Assembly (NCBI GenBank): GCA_964276515.1
Contig: OZ193909.1
Location: 17,050,001-17,114,000 of the forward strand
Origin: Gordius albopunctatus
Lineage: Eukaryota
Reading direction: 5' to 3'
Length of the DNA: 64,000 bases
Shown: positions 12,441 to 26,102 of the stretch, piece by piece
How positions within the stretch are numbered: position 1 is the first letter of the stretch
How the letters are laid out: every line of letters starts with the position of its first letter
Notes under the pieces: generated by a model
Seen by the model: only the letters and a program-made list of their open reading frames with translations
Database searches by the model: none
What the model was told of the DNA's origin: nothing
Position numbers and translations under genes: made by a program

Positions 12441-14200
12441 TAAATATAAATTTGTTTAAATTTTTACTTTTGCGGATATTACAAGCTCAAACATATAAAT
12501 AGTTTGGAACGGCTTAAATATATTGGCTAGATGCTAATAATTTATGATGTAAAATAATCTTTAACGGTTCATTTGCATGTCTAAACAAATGCTTGCCCAT
12601 AATGTGGGATGTTGAAACCCGGGTAAAAAAAGGTACCCCATTTTGTGATTGGTTGTATGGGGAACGATTTTAAATTAGGGGACCTTTTTTAACCGAAGGA
12701 CATTAAATTAGGCGAGATGATTTTTGGCGAGTTGATAGGGCGCCTAAATGAATAAATCCTATAAGCTAACTTTATACAAATAAATTGACTAAGTTTGATT
12801 ATTGCTAATTATAACATAACCTAACAAGAACTATAAAAAAATTATCCTAACTTTTTTAACTACTTTCATACATTATTTTACATAATATTTATTTTTAAAT
12901 GTAACAATAGTATGTATAACTGTATTAAGCTTATTTTACTTATACTATATTGTACATTAAGCACATTAGTGATAATATTTATTCATTATATATATATAAT
13001 TAACTATTATTTTATGTTATTTATATCAAATAGATGTTATATCAGGTATAAAATGCACTAGTGCTAATATTTATTCATTTTATATATATCATTAAATATT
13101 ATTATCTGTTATTTAAATCCCATAAATATCACAACAGATAGAATATGCACAAGATGTATAACGTTTTATAGCATTACTTTAGCTTTACATATGCTATACA
13201 TACAAATTTAACGAATTTATAGTAACACATGTTTATTAATTATTAACTATTATTATTATTAACAGTTAAATCTAATTGATTTGTTAAAATGTAATTAAAA
13301 TGTTTATATAACATTAAATATAATTATAAACGTTTTATAGCCTTACTCTAACTATAATTATGCTATATATACACATTACACCAATTGATAATAATGCATG
13401 TTCCTTAATTATTAAATATTATCATTATTAACAATTAAATCTAATTTATTTGATACTATATATTTAAAATATATTATATTATCCATATGTTTATATGTAC
13501 AAATTAAATATTTCATATGATCCGAATTTCTGATTCATGCATACAAAAATTTGACTGGATGTACCCGAACCTAAAATAAGATGGACTTAATCTTTTTTTC
13601 TTGGAAATTCATAATTCAATCATCACCACTATTATAAAAAATTTTTACCTGGTAAATTACTACTATATTCTAGGTAAAACATATATTTTTGTTTTAAAAA
13701 TAAATTATCAATCAAATAAATTATTTTTAAATGTAAATTATGAATGAGTATGATAATTTAATAAATTTAAGGCTTTAATTTAAGACATAAAGCATTTATG
13801 GCATATTGTTTTTATAAATAATAATATTTTATTTATGACCTTAGTTTCATATTTTATCCTGACATGTTGCACTTAATAAATTTAGGCAACACTGAGTATT
13901 ATTCTCAGTTTAGAAATAATTTAATATTCTATCATTAGTATTATTAAATTTAAAACCTTAATTAATTTTGTAAAAACTTTTTACATCCATTTCACGAGAT
14001 ACACAATTACATAAGTTTTAAAAATTATAAGAGTTCTCTTTTAGTGAGCTGCCATGTTTTGTCCTCCTAAAATTATGATTTAAATTGTTTCATTGTAACT
14101 TCTAGATTTATGAATAACCAACTGCGACTGACTAAATTAAAAATTACTAGGGTCCAATTTGTGGGCAAACTCTCATTGATGTTTTGTTATTAACGGACAT

Positions 14201-14515
14201 ATGGGTCACGTGATCGACCTCAAGGGGTACCGCCATTTCCCTGCCCCTGCCAAACGCCCTTCGCATATTCGCCGTTTCACTCTGTACGCTATCGTGGGCT
14301 TCGCATGCGCCCTTTCTCTCATCATAGTCCTCACCCTCTTTGCTCTGAAACCGCCAGGGGGTCACGTGATCAGGGGCGGGATCGATGACGGTTATGTTGA
14401 CCCTGATGATATAAATCGTCTGCTCGATGAAGAGGACGACGCCGCCCTCATTTTCCAAGAAATTGACGACGGGGGTGCCGCCTTGCTGCGCAAACGCGTT
14501 CGCCATTTACTTAAG
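14201..14515 (+). CDS. EXTL3: EXTL3 copy 1 exon 1 (signal anchor)
   Basis: ATG, hydrophobic stretch [24 protein letters not shown], donor AAG|GTAAG. Confidence 0.8.
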
Positions 14516-17500
14516 GTAAGGTCGCGACCTTTAACTTAGGGTTGCCTATCAAAAGTTTGGTGGGGGGAGGGGGCAAAAAGGGCTATTGGCCCCTAAATGC
14601 GTTTTTTATTGAATTTTGAACAAATTTCACTTTATTGTAAGGCATTATCATACCTTTTGCAGTGATTCGAACCATGGCTAAGTCATAGTTAAGTAAATTT
14701 TATTTTGTTTATCGATAGAAGTTTATTTACAAATATTTATGTATGTTAATTTGGCTAATTAGGGGGGGGGGGCAGCACCTTAAATTCTAACTTTTATTAA
14801 ATCCTATAGGCCAACACAATTCGTTCTCTCCATCATCCAGCTCTACACTCCTCACTTTCCTTTGGCATGCTATAATTTAAAATTTATATAATTAGATATC
14901 AAAAACATGCAATTACTATATAATGATGATACAGAAAAAAATAGATGTCTGAAACCCTATATAAAAAGTTTTTGCAATTTTTTAATAACTATACAAATCA
15001 TCAATATTCATAATCAGATTAATGTAATATAAAATATACCTGCATAAATTACTATATTTTAAATCAAAAATTATTTAAATAAATTTAATGTATTTCATAA
15101 ATTTTTCTGAAATTTATATATAATTAATAAATATGTCCAAAATTATTTAAGCAAAACACATAAAATTTTCAAAAAAGTCTTTGCTAAATAATTAAAATAC
15201 TGAAATAAATATTATCAAAGTTCAATAAAGATTCAAAATAAAATTTTTTAACTTACCGTTTTTAATAAAGTATGTAGGAATATCCATTAAATTTGAAATT
15301 GTTAGGGAAATTAATTTGTATGTATGTATTAATTTTAGGAATAGGAAATAAATAATGACTACACAAACACAATCGCAACTAGTAATCTAAAATCTCAAAT
15401 TTAGATTTAATTTTACCAAAATAATTTAAATTTATGTGTAAATTCGCTAATATAAGCCTCTGTATTTATTTGCGTTAATTTCAAATGGGGGGGGCAAACA
15501 TATTTTTTTTTAATTTTTAAGCGTTTTTGTATTGAAATTTTTCTTTTTTTCTAAATTAGGGGGGGGCAGCCGCCCCCCTGGCTACGCCCATGTATATTAA
15601 ATTAATAAGCTGGCATCGAGCCATGGATTGAGATTGTATTAGATTCCACAATTTCCATGGTGATTTTCTGCTAATCTAAATTTTTAAAAAAATTTAAAAT
15701 TTTGTTTGCGCTACCTGACTCAAAATATTAGTCGATTTTTCTCTCACCTTGGTTTAGTCCGACAATATGATTACAAATTACTTATAAGTGCTTGACAATT
15801 TAGCCAAAATGTAGGTTAAAAACCAAAATCTTACTCTGATTTCCAAATAATTGATAATCTTGACATTTCTTGAGGAGGCTCATTCTTGGATGTAAGAAGG
15901 GGGTAGGGAAGGCGACTGGCCCCCTCCACTAAATTTAAAAAGTCGTTATTTTTTATTGAAGTTATATGTAAAATTTTGAAAACCATAACATAACCCCCTA
16001 GCTAAATCACTTTAATTAAAATCCTGGTTATGCCCGTGAACTCACACTAATAACTTTTAAGATATGTCCAATCGAATTCTACATCACATAGATTTCTTCT
16101 ATTCCTTTAATAGCATAGGTTTGTAGGGAAACTTATTTTTGTTGTTTGTCCGCGGTAAATTTTAAAAATACAAAATAATATTTTGCCTTAAATTTGGAAA
16201 AAATGTAATTAAAATTCAAGATTTAAATTATACTTAAATCGTTGATCAGGTGAGGGCTTCGGTTGCCGATGAAGTTACCGCTTTGGGCGTTCGTCGAGGA
16301 GGTTTGGAAGCGGAACTTCGCTCCCTCAACGCTCGAATCGCGGAGGTGCGGGACGAGTTACAAACTTCCGGGGAATCCTTGCGCGTCCTGGAAGAACAAC
16401 TTGCGCAAGCGCGTTTTCGATCAGCTGATAAACGGCTGGTAGACGGCAGCACTCAGTCAACCGACGAAATCAGCGCCGAAATCGCCCTGTGGCAAGCGGC
16501 CATCTTGAAAGCATCTCAAATGGTGAGATTAAAACATGTATTTGTAATTTTTTATGATATTCCAAGTCTTTTATCTTAAAAAGATTTTTTATTTTATATT
16601 TATCTACGATTATAATTACTTAATCAGATAACAAAATTAATATGGCAATTTGTGTATTCAAGTTAAATTCTCATGCGTAAAAAATTGGTAATTTTTTTTT
16701 ATAATAAGCAAATTAAAGCTAATTTTTTATTTTACGGGTTCGGGGCCCATTTGTATTTTAAATCACTATTTTGCCTATATTACGGAGTGTTAATATATGA
16801 TGATATATGTAAACATGGGCGTAGCCAGGTTTTGGATTAGGGGGGGGGGGCAAAGCCTAAAATTTATTAATTTTAAAGTCGCCCCCCCCCCCGGCTACGC
16901 CTTTGTATGTAAATTACATTAGTCAGCTAAGAGTGACGGACTGCTTTTTTTGTTTACCAGCTGAAATAATACCTCCGCCTCGCGCTTCTAAGAAATGTGG
17001 AGCTGTTAATGTTTAATTTTTAAGCCACCAAATTGCCGAACAAATTTTAATTTCATGTATACTCCCCTGTTAAGAAGGTACATTTTTCGAGGCTTAAGCT
17101 GGCCATCAAAAATGTCGTTTGCTTTTTATCGCGAAATTTAAATATTTGATTTCAAGAATTCAGTCGCTTGCCGAGGATTATTTTAATTCAGGGCATTTTC
17201 GATTGATTTAGCTAGCCCCTGTCAACCCGAGCCGGGTCCAGGCTGGGCCAGGGGCGAACCGGAATGAAGGCGAGGAGGCGGAGAATTCAGAATGGGGGTC
17301 GTGCGATATGAACACTTGTTTCGACGCGGCTCGATGTCCTCTCTTACCCGGGTTGACCATGGATATTTACGACGTCACCTCGCCCGCTTACCTCTCCCTC
17401 CTAACGGCTTATCTTAGGTGGGGCCTAGCCTTCCTAAACCGAAAAATTATTTTAATTTATTTTTACTAAATTTGGTTAAAATTTTGTAAAAATTAGCTCA

Positions 17501-20500
17501 GTGTCCTCTCTTTAAATATCACTAAACTTTTCAGAAGACGTGATTATGATTTCTTAGGTATTTCAATGAAATTATTTATTGCTTTTAAAAAGTATGCTAT
17601 ATTTGAAATGTTATTACTATTTCTATTTTTGGGACCTTTTTAATTACGGCTATTCTCTGACAAATTTTTGTTAAATATATTTTTTGAATTCGTCATCCCT
17701 TTATATTTTAGGGCTACGACCCCTTTGCCTGAACCATCGATTCAAAATTTCATACCCGATCTTCACCAAATGGTCGATCTTTTAACGTCGGCCTCGCCCG
17801 ATCTAAAGGTCGGCCCCGGAGAGACCGGACCCGCTCCTTGCCTCCGTTTTCTCCTCCTCCCCCTAACTTATACTATTACGTCATCTGTCTCGCCTTCGCC
17901 CGACCCCTCACTTATTCGTACTCTGAGGAACGCCCTCTCCGTCCTCCGTGACTGGTCTCCGCACGGGGCTAATTACGTCATCCTATTTGTGCCTTCGCCG
18001 GTGGCGCCTGGGGGGTCAACCTTTGCCGCCCATTCACACCCTCACGTCGGCACTGCCTTCGAGCGCGCCATCGTCGTGCGAAACGCATTCTCATCTTACC
18101 TCCCCCTTAGGGTCACCTTCGACGTCGTAGCTTACCTCAGTACGCCCATCGTTTCCCCACCCCTCGCTTCTGCCGACGTTGATCACGTGAACGAACAGCT
18201 GTTTACACCCCTGGTTCCCATAGTGAACGCAGCCGAATGTCACGTGATCTTTCCCGACTTCGTGCCCGAAGCCTGGTTTCTCGGCGACGATAAGGTGGAC
18301 GCAGATCATGTGATAAAGTTTGCCATCGCATCCATCCGTACCCTAGCGACCACGTTCCCCCGCACCTATCGAGTCGAACGGGTGGGTGATAGTGTGACGT
18401 GGCAAAACCTCGCCCGTCTCGCTACGTTCACCCTAATCGTGCCCGCCCTCTATGACGACCCAGATGTCGTAGGTGGAATGGGCGACGGCACCCTGTTGGA
18501 CCACGTGATAGCGACCCTGATTTCGGGCTCCATTCCCCTGATCCTCGCTTCGGATCAGACGTGGCGAAGTCGCGCCCTCCCCTATTCCGAATACCTGGAT
18601 TGGGATAAAGTGCTCGTCGAATATCCACGTAAGTTTGGCGATTTATGAGAAAGCAGACGATAAAATATGAGTATAAATATCTTTTGGCTATTATTTATTC
18701 GTTCTAATTGTTTTTTGTTATTTTAATGAAGGTCTATCTTATATGTTTGTTTGTTTTAGTATTAATCTTAGCCCTGCTTTGATTTCCTCGTATTTATTTT
18801 GTATATATTTAGGAAAACTAAAAAGGTTTGTTAGGGTATTAATAAATTATTACAACAGGTCTACATTTAAGGATGTTCACCCAGTAAAACAATTAGAAAC
18901 TTATTATAAAATAATAAATATAAAACCAAAAGTTTATGTATAAGAGGGCGGGAAAGGTTTCGAGATCGCTAAATAGATTTTCTAAGGCTTCAATAAATAA
19001 AGTTTTTAATGATTCCATTTTTAAGTTATCTTCCAGGAAAACCCCATTTATTTAACTATTGCTAGTAAACAATCGTATCAACTAATTTAACTTTTCGACT
19101 TTTTTTTCTCGTTTTGAACGTTGAAAAAATTCGTAGAAGAAATGCTACTCAAAAATAAAATAAATATAAAAACCTTATTATGCCTCAATTATCAAATTCT
19201 TTTAAAGGTGCTTGCTGTTAATTTTAAGAATATTTTATGAAATTTGCATAAAGGGATATTACTATTTGAACTATGTTGAAAATGTTTAAATTTATTTTTT
19301 TCCATTAAAGTAAACCGAGTAAATGAGCTGCATTACATCTTGCGGTACAACTTGTTGAAGGCGGAACCCGATTTATTCGTGCTCAAAAAGGCGGGCCGCG
19401 ATTTGCGAGACGCCTACTTCACCTTCCCAACCGACGCCACGGGACGCACAAACGCCACCACTCCATCCTACTATCCCCTGCGCTCTCCTACCTCCGCGCT
19501 AACCAATAACTTTAGGGCCTTGCTCAGCGTCTTTCACCAAAGGCTTCGAATCCCATTCCGGCCCGACCTCCCGGTTCCGGCTCGGTTTCACCCGGTTCGA
19601 GTTGAAAGGGATCTTCCGCCCCTCGTGGAACATTTGGAATATCTGGGCCCTATCGAAGGGGCTGAACGAGGTTAAATTAGTGTAAAAAACTCTTGTTTGA
19701 TAGAGGACTTTTGATATGACATAGCATATATATCTTGCTCATACATGAATTAGGGGTTGAGATGGAGTAAATTTTAAATGAAATTTTTATAACGAAAAAA
19801 GGGATAATTTTTGAAATTTTGAAGCACACGTCGTGAATCGCTGCTAGGTTGTGCTTTTAATATGAAATTTTATTGCCAATCGCAAGTTAAGATATGACTA
19901 GGTCGAAAGAGTGCGAAAATTTTTAGACGTAAGATGGCTAAGCCAATTTTTGTGATTATCTTCAATTCTTCCGTGTCTAAACTTATTTTTTGGTTTTAAT
20001 TTTAAGACTTTACTAAACTAGTGTGTCATTTTAGCCTAGAAATATGAATTAAATTATCTAATCTCGGTAAAAGTTAATTTTCAACTGAAAAATCTGAAAA
20101 TGATCATAACTCTTAGTCCCACCGCTTTTAGATTAGTTAAAATTTTAGCTAACTGATTAAAAATGGTATTTATCAACGCTAGGTGGAACGGCCGCTAGCG
20201 AACCTTATTGTAGAAATTTTACGTCGCTCTCCCTGGACCGTTACGCCATATGGAACGAACCGTCTCGGAGACTTGGTCTCTCCCCAGCTGACACCCCCTG
20301 GGACCCGGTTTTCCCATGCGATGCCAAATTTAAAGGTTATCATTATACAATTGTATAATCATACATAATATGCCCTAGCTAGATTTCTGTCACTCATTTT
20401 TATAAAAAATTCATTAAAATTATGTGTACAATTTTAAAAAATGATCATTTTTCCCCTATCTAAATTATTATTGCCCCACTCTAATTCCAATGCTGGCTAC

Positions 20501-23500
20501 GGCCATCTATTTATTAACAAAATAAAACTTAAGGTTTTCACCTTGAAAAATCTATAATTTTAAAATAGTTCCTTAAAAATTAATCTCGATTTACAAATTG
20601 TTAATACTCTAAAAAAGCATAATTTTAAAGTAAAAATATATTATTGTCAAACTTAGCCATAATTTTAGCAAATTTTTGGGTTTAGATCAGGGCGACAGAC
20701 GCCTCTCCCTGCTTCCCCTTGGCTACGCTCCTGAATATGTATAATGTTTTTCACCTATTTCACCCGTAAGATGATAATTAAATATTTCGTATTATTAGGC
20801 TCCAATTACGGTTTTCGCCCCATCAATTATGGTTACGGAGGAACGGGGAAAGAATTCTCCCTCTCCCTCGGTGGAAATTATCCCAAAGAACAGTTCACGA
20901 GTAATTATAGATTCAATTCATTAATCCATTGCCAATTTTAGTCAGGGGCTCCTTAACATCCTCATGATACGTGGAAGTTTAGGGACTCGAATTTTTTGAC
21001 TTTCGCTTTTTCAACAAATATTTGCTTGGGAGTAGATGAAGTCGGTCTAACTAGCTTTATATTTGTTTTTTATCATTTTGGGTGACGCATCAAGTTAGTC
21101 AATACGGTTTTGGCGCTTACTACCATCGGCGTTGCCAGGCTTAGAATTAGAGGGGTGGGGGCAATAATGATTTAGGGAGGGGCAAAATGAACATTTTTTC
21201 AAATTTTAGCCATTATCATTTGCGATTTGAAGGATTTTTGGATTTGGGGGCGGGGCAGCCGCCTCTCCCTCTCACCCCCCCCCCCCCCCTGGCTACGGTC
21301 ACGCATAACATATTTAGCTAGCTAACAAATTTTACCATATATCCTTAATTTAAAAAAATTCGTTTATACGTGTTTCTAAATCATCTAATATAATTTATGT
21401 TAGCACGTGGGCCATTCCATAACAAATCTAAACGTTTTCGACAGACCATTTCAGATCAAGATAATTTTTGGCGAGGGTATAGGCCTCATTTATTAGAGTC
21501 ATTTCTGAAAATTTTAGCCATTTAGGGCCGATACTTTTTAAGTTATGGAGGTTTTAAGGGCCAAAATCACGTTCGGGAGCGTTTTATGAATTTTACTTTT
21601 TTTTGTCATATTTTTGAAATATTTATTTACCACATATTCTATATAAATTTGCAATTTGATAAAAAAGACAAACATCATAATATGTTCTTGTGATAATTGA
21701 TTATACCGCCATCTATAAATATTTTTGTGGAAATGTAATTTTTCGAATTCTTGACCATCTCGTAGCCGTTCCCAAACTTTTTATGACTGAAATATGATAA
21801 TGGGTCATAAAGGAGTGCACATTGTGAAATTGGTGATTTCATATAAAGGGTAAATATGTTTTTACGATTTCCCACTAATTTGACCACAAGAAATTAACCG
21901 CAAAAGTTTGAGGTTTTTGCTCAAATTATTTCGATAGAGAATTTCATTAGGAACAAAATGCATCAAAATTTGAATGAATAACGGAATTACTTTTAAAAAT
22001 ATGACAAAAAACGGAAAATCCATAAAACCCTGTCGAACGTGATTTTGGCCCAAAATGGCTAACATTTTCAGAAATTACTCTAATAAATGAGGCCTACACC
22101 CTCGCCAAAAATTATCCTGATCTGAGATGGTCGATCGAAAATCGTCTTTTTTTGACGAATCGATCTACATGGAATGGCCCACATAGGTTATAAAATATCG
22201 TTTTCCTTTAAAATTGCGTTTTACAAAAGTAGTCCAGCCGGGTAGCTTAGATAGGGTCATAAATAAATTGCTATCCCAGCTCTGGTCGGGCTCATACTCT
22301 AGCCCTGTTTTTAACGTTAATTACTTTTGTCGATATGCTTAATAAAAACCATAAAAATAAAATTAATCTCATTCTAAATTAGTAATAATTATAATTTATT
22401 TGGCAGTCGTTATGCCGACGTACAAACGTGCGAATATGTTGAAGCAATTTTTGACGGAATTTAACGATTTGCCCTACCTGAACCGAATAGTCGTGATTTG
22501 GAATGAAATTGACAATCCGCCACCCGATAATTTAACACTGCCCAATATCCACGTCCCTATATACGTAATTTGTCACCCACCACTACGGTCAAAGTTTTAA
22601 GGATCCTAGTGAGCTAAGGAAAGTGTTATAGCGATGGACTAAGTTTGCTAAAAATACTGCAAATTCTAGGTTTTTCTGTATAAATTGTCACCCATAATTG
22701 AAGTTGCTCGTGCAAAATTTTCTATTTTAAATGGTTTTTTAAGTATAAAATAAAAAGCGCTATTTTTAGTTTATGTTAAATTAGATCCTGAAAGGCGGAT
22801 TTACAATTTTTCGTAGATTTAAGTTTAAACATTGTAATTAATTTGCTATTCTGCATCAATACTTAACTTTTTGCCCATTGCCCCTTGAATCAAGTTTTGA
22901 AACTCATGGTTATATCTATTTCTTAGTTCATCCTATTTTAGTCTAAGAGCATTGAAGTTAATGTGATTTAATAAGATTAGGTGATACTAATTAATATTAA
23001 ATAAATCAAAGAATTGCTAAAACTTAGTCGATTCCTAATTGACAATAATAAGGTAAAACATCTCATCATTATCACGTATTTTGAAAATGTTTGACACTGG
23101 ATTTTATGACTTTTAAAAGAAGTAGCATTCTCAAACAGATGCTGTGTTAAAAAAGCCATTTTAGTGGCTAAAAATGGCATAAACTATGGATATGAAAATG
23201 TTTTAAAACCAAATGTGCCATTTAATTTCACCCTTTCTATAAAATCTGAAACACACCAGGTGTTGAAGGTTGACAAAAATAGCCTGAACAATCGCTTCAT
23301 CCCCTACGACGTCATTGAAACGGATGCCGTTCTATCGCTAGACGACGATCTCTCACTGCGTCACGACGAAATCATATTCGCTTTTAGGTGAGTTTTCTTC
23401 AATTACTGCCCAGCCTTTGACGCAAAATGAGATCGGTCATTTAATCGGGATGCTAGTTTGACTTGTTTTTACGCATCTTAATTATAGCGTATTTGTATTG

Positions 23501-26102
23501 TAGCACGAGTTATGCTTTTCGTATCTATGCCCTTGTGCTATCGTAGTAGTGTCCTTTGTTATCCAAAATCTTATATTACAAGCACTGTCCGCTAAAAAAA
23601 TTTTTGTTGGAAGAAACGCTTCTTTATCGTAAGTATGACAAACGTATAACATGTTGAAATCATCTTCAAATCAGCGTTATGAGAATGAGATCGCCCTTTA
23701 TAAATCTTTAGGCTTAAAATCACGTTATTCGAGATATTAGTCATTCGGTTCGTCTGAATTAGCTTTTTTATTTAAAAAAAAAGAGACTTCTCTTGAACTA
23801 GACGGTTGGGTTTGACAGATAGTCACTTGTCAAGCTCGCTACGGACCTGACTCGGGTATTTTACTGTTTGAACAGCTTTAAATTTTTTACGCGTTTCGAG
23901 ATCAAATATTATAAACGGGCTTATGGCGTATCGTTATTCTAATCGTTTCGGTTTGAATAATTTGAGTGGGTACAATCATAGGTTAAACACATTTTACCTT
24001 GGGCGTGTATCTCAAGTTGGAGACCCGTGATCTGATATCTCTTTTTAATTGCTATGCAATTTATGGGCTCTCTTTTGGTTATCCGTCTGGTGTCTAACTC
24101 GTAATTACGGGATTTTGTAAAAGACTTCCTTTACTTTCGCAAATAGACTAGCTAAAGACAGATGGTTGGTTCAATTTTTTTGCCTCGTCCGAGCTCAAAT
24201 TCCACTACTTTTGGCCGGGCTGAGATTACCCGTTGATATAAATTGCTTTTGAAAATTTGTCTGATTCCCTCCAGATTAATAATTGGATACCACCGGTGTA
24301 TAAAATAAAAAATTCTATTTCGGTATAATTTATTTGATAAACTTTTCACGGCTTGATGTTGATGTATATTGAGCCCCATGGAATAATCATTTTTGTGGGC
24401 GGGGGGGTTTAGAGTTTGGCGAGAATCTCGAGATAGGTTGGTAGGATTTCCGGCTCGCTACCACGCCTGGAACGCCACCAGTCAGTTATGGCATTACAAA
24501 TCCAATCACACCTGCGAATATTCAATGATACTCACCGGTGCCGCATTCATACACAAAGTAAGTGGGACGCCTTTTGGAACTACTGTTCAGGCCATTTTTT
24601 GTGGGTCCCGAAATCAGAGATTAATAATACAATACGACTGGCGAATAGTTGATTTACGCGTTAAACGTTAACTTCTGGCATACGTGTCTTTTGAGAACCA
24701 CCACATTACTATTGTTTTGTTGGGATGATGGTATAGTTGGCACTGAAGTATACATATATTATCATCCTTAGCTTTGTCAGCAGCCCCTGTTATCTCTACA
24801 CAAGATTTTACAAATCCCTGATTCATCTATTTCCATTGCTTTCATAATTTTAACAATTGATAAAAATTAGGGGAATCAATTTGAATGAGTTTTTTTTGAA
24901 TATGCACACTTGTGCGGTAAAAACGTGCAAACGTTATGGGAGAAAGAATCATGTGGACATCATACGAGTGTCTTCCCGTTCATATCGTTTTTTAGTTTGT
25001 TAATGCCTCAAACGTGTCGCCCTACACTCTTACTTTATAATTATTATCAGCTATTCGTCGGTCTATTTGTTAAAATGGATTTTATCAACAAAATCGTAGA
25101 TTTCGTTATTGGCTAAACCTGCTTTGAACCTTGATTGCAATTCCTTTAAATTGGGAAATCTATTACACAGACAAATTGTAGAATATTGTTTTCATGCTAG
25201 GACAAATATGCCTTTGCTTAGTCAACACGTGTATGGATGTAATTTTATAAATGTTTTAACTTACATGGGCTGAACGATTGGGGTATCCAAATTGTTAATA
25301 TCACTGTATTATATTTTATCGGATAAATGACTTTTTTGACTATATTCGGCATTTCCCTAGGTTTTTATTCCCGAGATTGCCCGGCACTGGCCAATTTTCT
25401 CTAAGAAAATAGCAGATTTTGTACAAAAAACTCATCGTTGTTTTTCTCTATTTTCACCGATCAGTACTTTTTCTACAAATACACCTACGACATGGCGAAC
25501 ATAATCAGGGACAAAGTTGACGAGTGGATGAATTGCGAAGATATCGCGATGAATTTCCTCATGGCACACATCACCAACAAACCACCCATCAAGGTATATA
25601 CTCCGATGGATTATTCAAAATTTCTTGTTTTTGATTTTTGGGCTATAAGTTTAAACCTGCCCATGTTTGGTTTTAAATGTTTTACACTCTAAATTGGATG
25701 CGGGAAAAAGAAGTAAATTTTGTTTTCTTGTGGCAATGCTGTGCTTTTATCAAACTATAAAAGGTCGCATTCGTTAGTCGTAATTTGCTGATCAACCGAA
25801 CCCTCATGCTCGTGTTCAATCACAATTCATACCTTTTTTGGATAAAAATATTTATTTTGATAAACTAAAACGAATTTCCATTGGTTTTTAAGGTCACCGT
25901 TCGTTGGACCTTTAGATGCAAGGATTGCCCAGAATCCCTATGGTACGGAACTGATCATTACGACAAGCGGTCGCATTGCATCAATTATTTCTCCAAAATA
26001 TACGGTTACAATCCCCTCATGTACAGCCAATACCGCGCCGATTCCGTCCTTTTCAAAACTCGCATACCCAAAGAAGAGAGAAAATGCTTCGTTTACGTCT
26101 AA
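14201..26102 (+). CDS. EXTL3: Exostosin-like 3 glycosyltransferase (heparan sulfate initiation; EXTL3/brother of tout-velu type), copy 1, 12 exons, ~1031 aa
   Basis: Hand-spliced GT-AG exons 14201-14515, 16250-16522, 17212-17417, 17712-18628, 19311-19670, 20183-20335, 20799-20900, 22407-22564, 23260-23387, 24413-24557, 25465-25593, 25893-26102 total 3096 nt with compatible phases. Protein has an N-terminal signal anchor, a coiled coil, [35 protein letters not shown], the GT64 motifs [22 protein letters not shown] and [10 protein letters not shown], and the EXTL3-type C-terminus [15 protein letters not shown]. Confidence 0.93.
16250..16522 (+). CDS. EXTL3: EXTL3 copy 1 exon 2 (coiled coil)
   Basis: CAG|GTG acceptor, VRASVADEV heptad-like stretch, ATG|GTGAG donor. 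Confidence 0.82.
16814..16905. mobile_element. Tiny hAT-type MITE (CATGGGCGTAGCCAG family)
   Basis: Imperfect TIRs CATGGGCGTAGCC / GGCTACGCCTTTG; perfect 8-bp TSD TATGTAAA. Confidence 0.8.
17212..17417 (+). CDS. EXTL3: EXTL3 copy 1 exon 3
   Basis: Not in the ORF track; translates to [24 protein letters not shown], matching the exostosin CFDxxRC motif. Confidence 0.8.
17712..18628 (+). CDS. EXTL3: EXTL3 copy 1 exon 4 (GT47-like region)
   Basis: ATFTLIVP...GSIPLIL...[14 protein letters not shown] resembles the exostosin GT47 domain; donor C|GTAAGT. Confidence 0.82.
19311..19670 (+). CDS. EXTL3: EXTL3 copy 1 exon 5
   Basis: [11 protein letters not shown]...LFVLKKAGR; phase 1 at both ends. Confidence 0.8.
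20183..20335 (+). CDS. EXTL3: EXTL3 copy 1 exon 6
   Basis: Read in a different frame from the listed [12 protein letters not shown]...[15 protein letters not shown]. Confidence 0.82.
20799..20900 (+). CDS. EXTL3: EXTL3 copy 1 exon 7
   Basis: [34 protein letters not shown], an EXTL3-diagnostic linker. Confidence 0.87.
21124..21303. mobile_element. Degenerate MITE of the same family in EXTL3 intron 7
   Basis: CATCGGCGTTGCCAGG...GAATTAGAGGGG...GCAATAATGATTTAG...CTGGCTACGG aligns with 30700-30861. Confidence 0.65.
21409..22180. mobile_element. MITE with long imperfect inverted repeats in EXTL3 intron 7 (also 47143-47914)
   Basis: GGGCCATTCCAT ... ATGGAATGGCCC; ~100-bp subterminal inverted match; flanks ACGT/ACAT may be a 4-bp TSD. 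Confidence 0.8.
22407..22564 (+). CDS. EXTL3: EXTL3 copy 1 exon 8 (start of GT64)
   Basis: VMPTYKR...[12 protein letters not shown]. Confidence 0.88.
23260..23387 (+). CDS. EXTL3: EXTL3 copy 1 exon 9
   Basis: [24 protein letters not shown], containing the DXD motif. Confidence 0.9.
24413..24557 (+). CDS. EXTL3: EXTL3 copy 1 exon 10
   Basis: [19 protein letters not shown]...[13 protein letters not shown]. Confidence 0.9.
25465..25593 (+). CDS. EXTL3: EXTL3 copy 1 exon 11
   Basis: [30 protein letters not shown]. Confidence 0.9.
25893..26102 (+). CDS. EXTL3: EXTL3 copy 1 exon 12 (stop)
   Basis: VTVRWTFRC...[25 protein letters not shown] followed by TAA. Confidence 0.9.
   Translation, partial: VTVRWTFRCKDCPESLWYGTDHYDKRSHCINYFSKIYGYNPLMYSQYRADSVLFKTRIPKEERKCFVYV

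Noticed and set aside
12750..13571. Extremely AT-rich stretch with degenerate repeats ending CCCGAACC at the left breakpoint of block B
   Set aside because: May be a transposon end, but no partner TIR or TSD is visible in the window
14147..18628. Antisense and alternative-frame ORFs over EXTL3 exons (and their duplicates)
   Set aside because: Shadow frames of GC-rich exons
17668..18648. GC-rich 326-aa ORF as a horizontally acquired gene
   Set aside because: It splices in phase as exon 4 of a typical metazoan EXTL3
20183..20368. Listed ORF MERPLANL...
   Set aside because: Wrong frame; the true exon 6 is read in another frame that matches EXTL3
21270..21290. G/C homopolymer length differences between duplicates
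   Set aside because: Could be slippage or long-read consensus error, so not used as evidence of divergence
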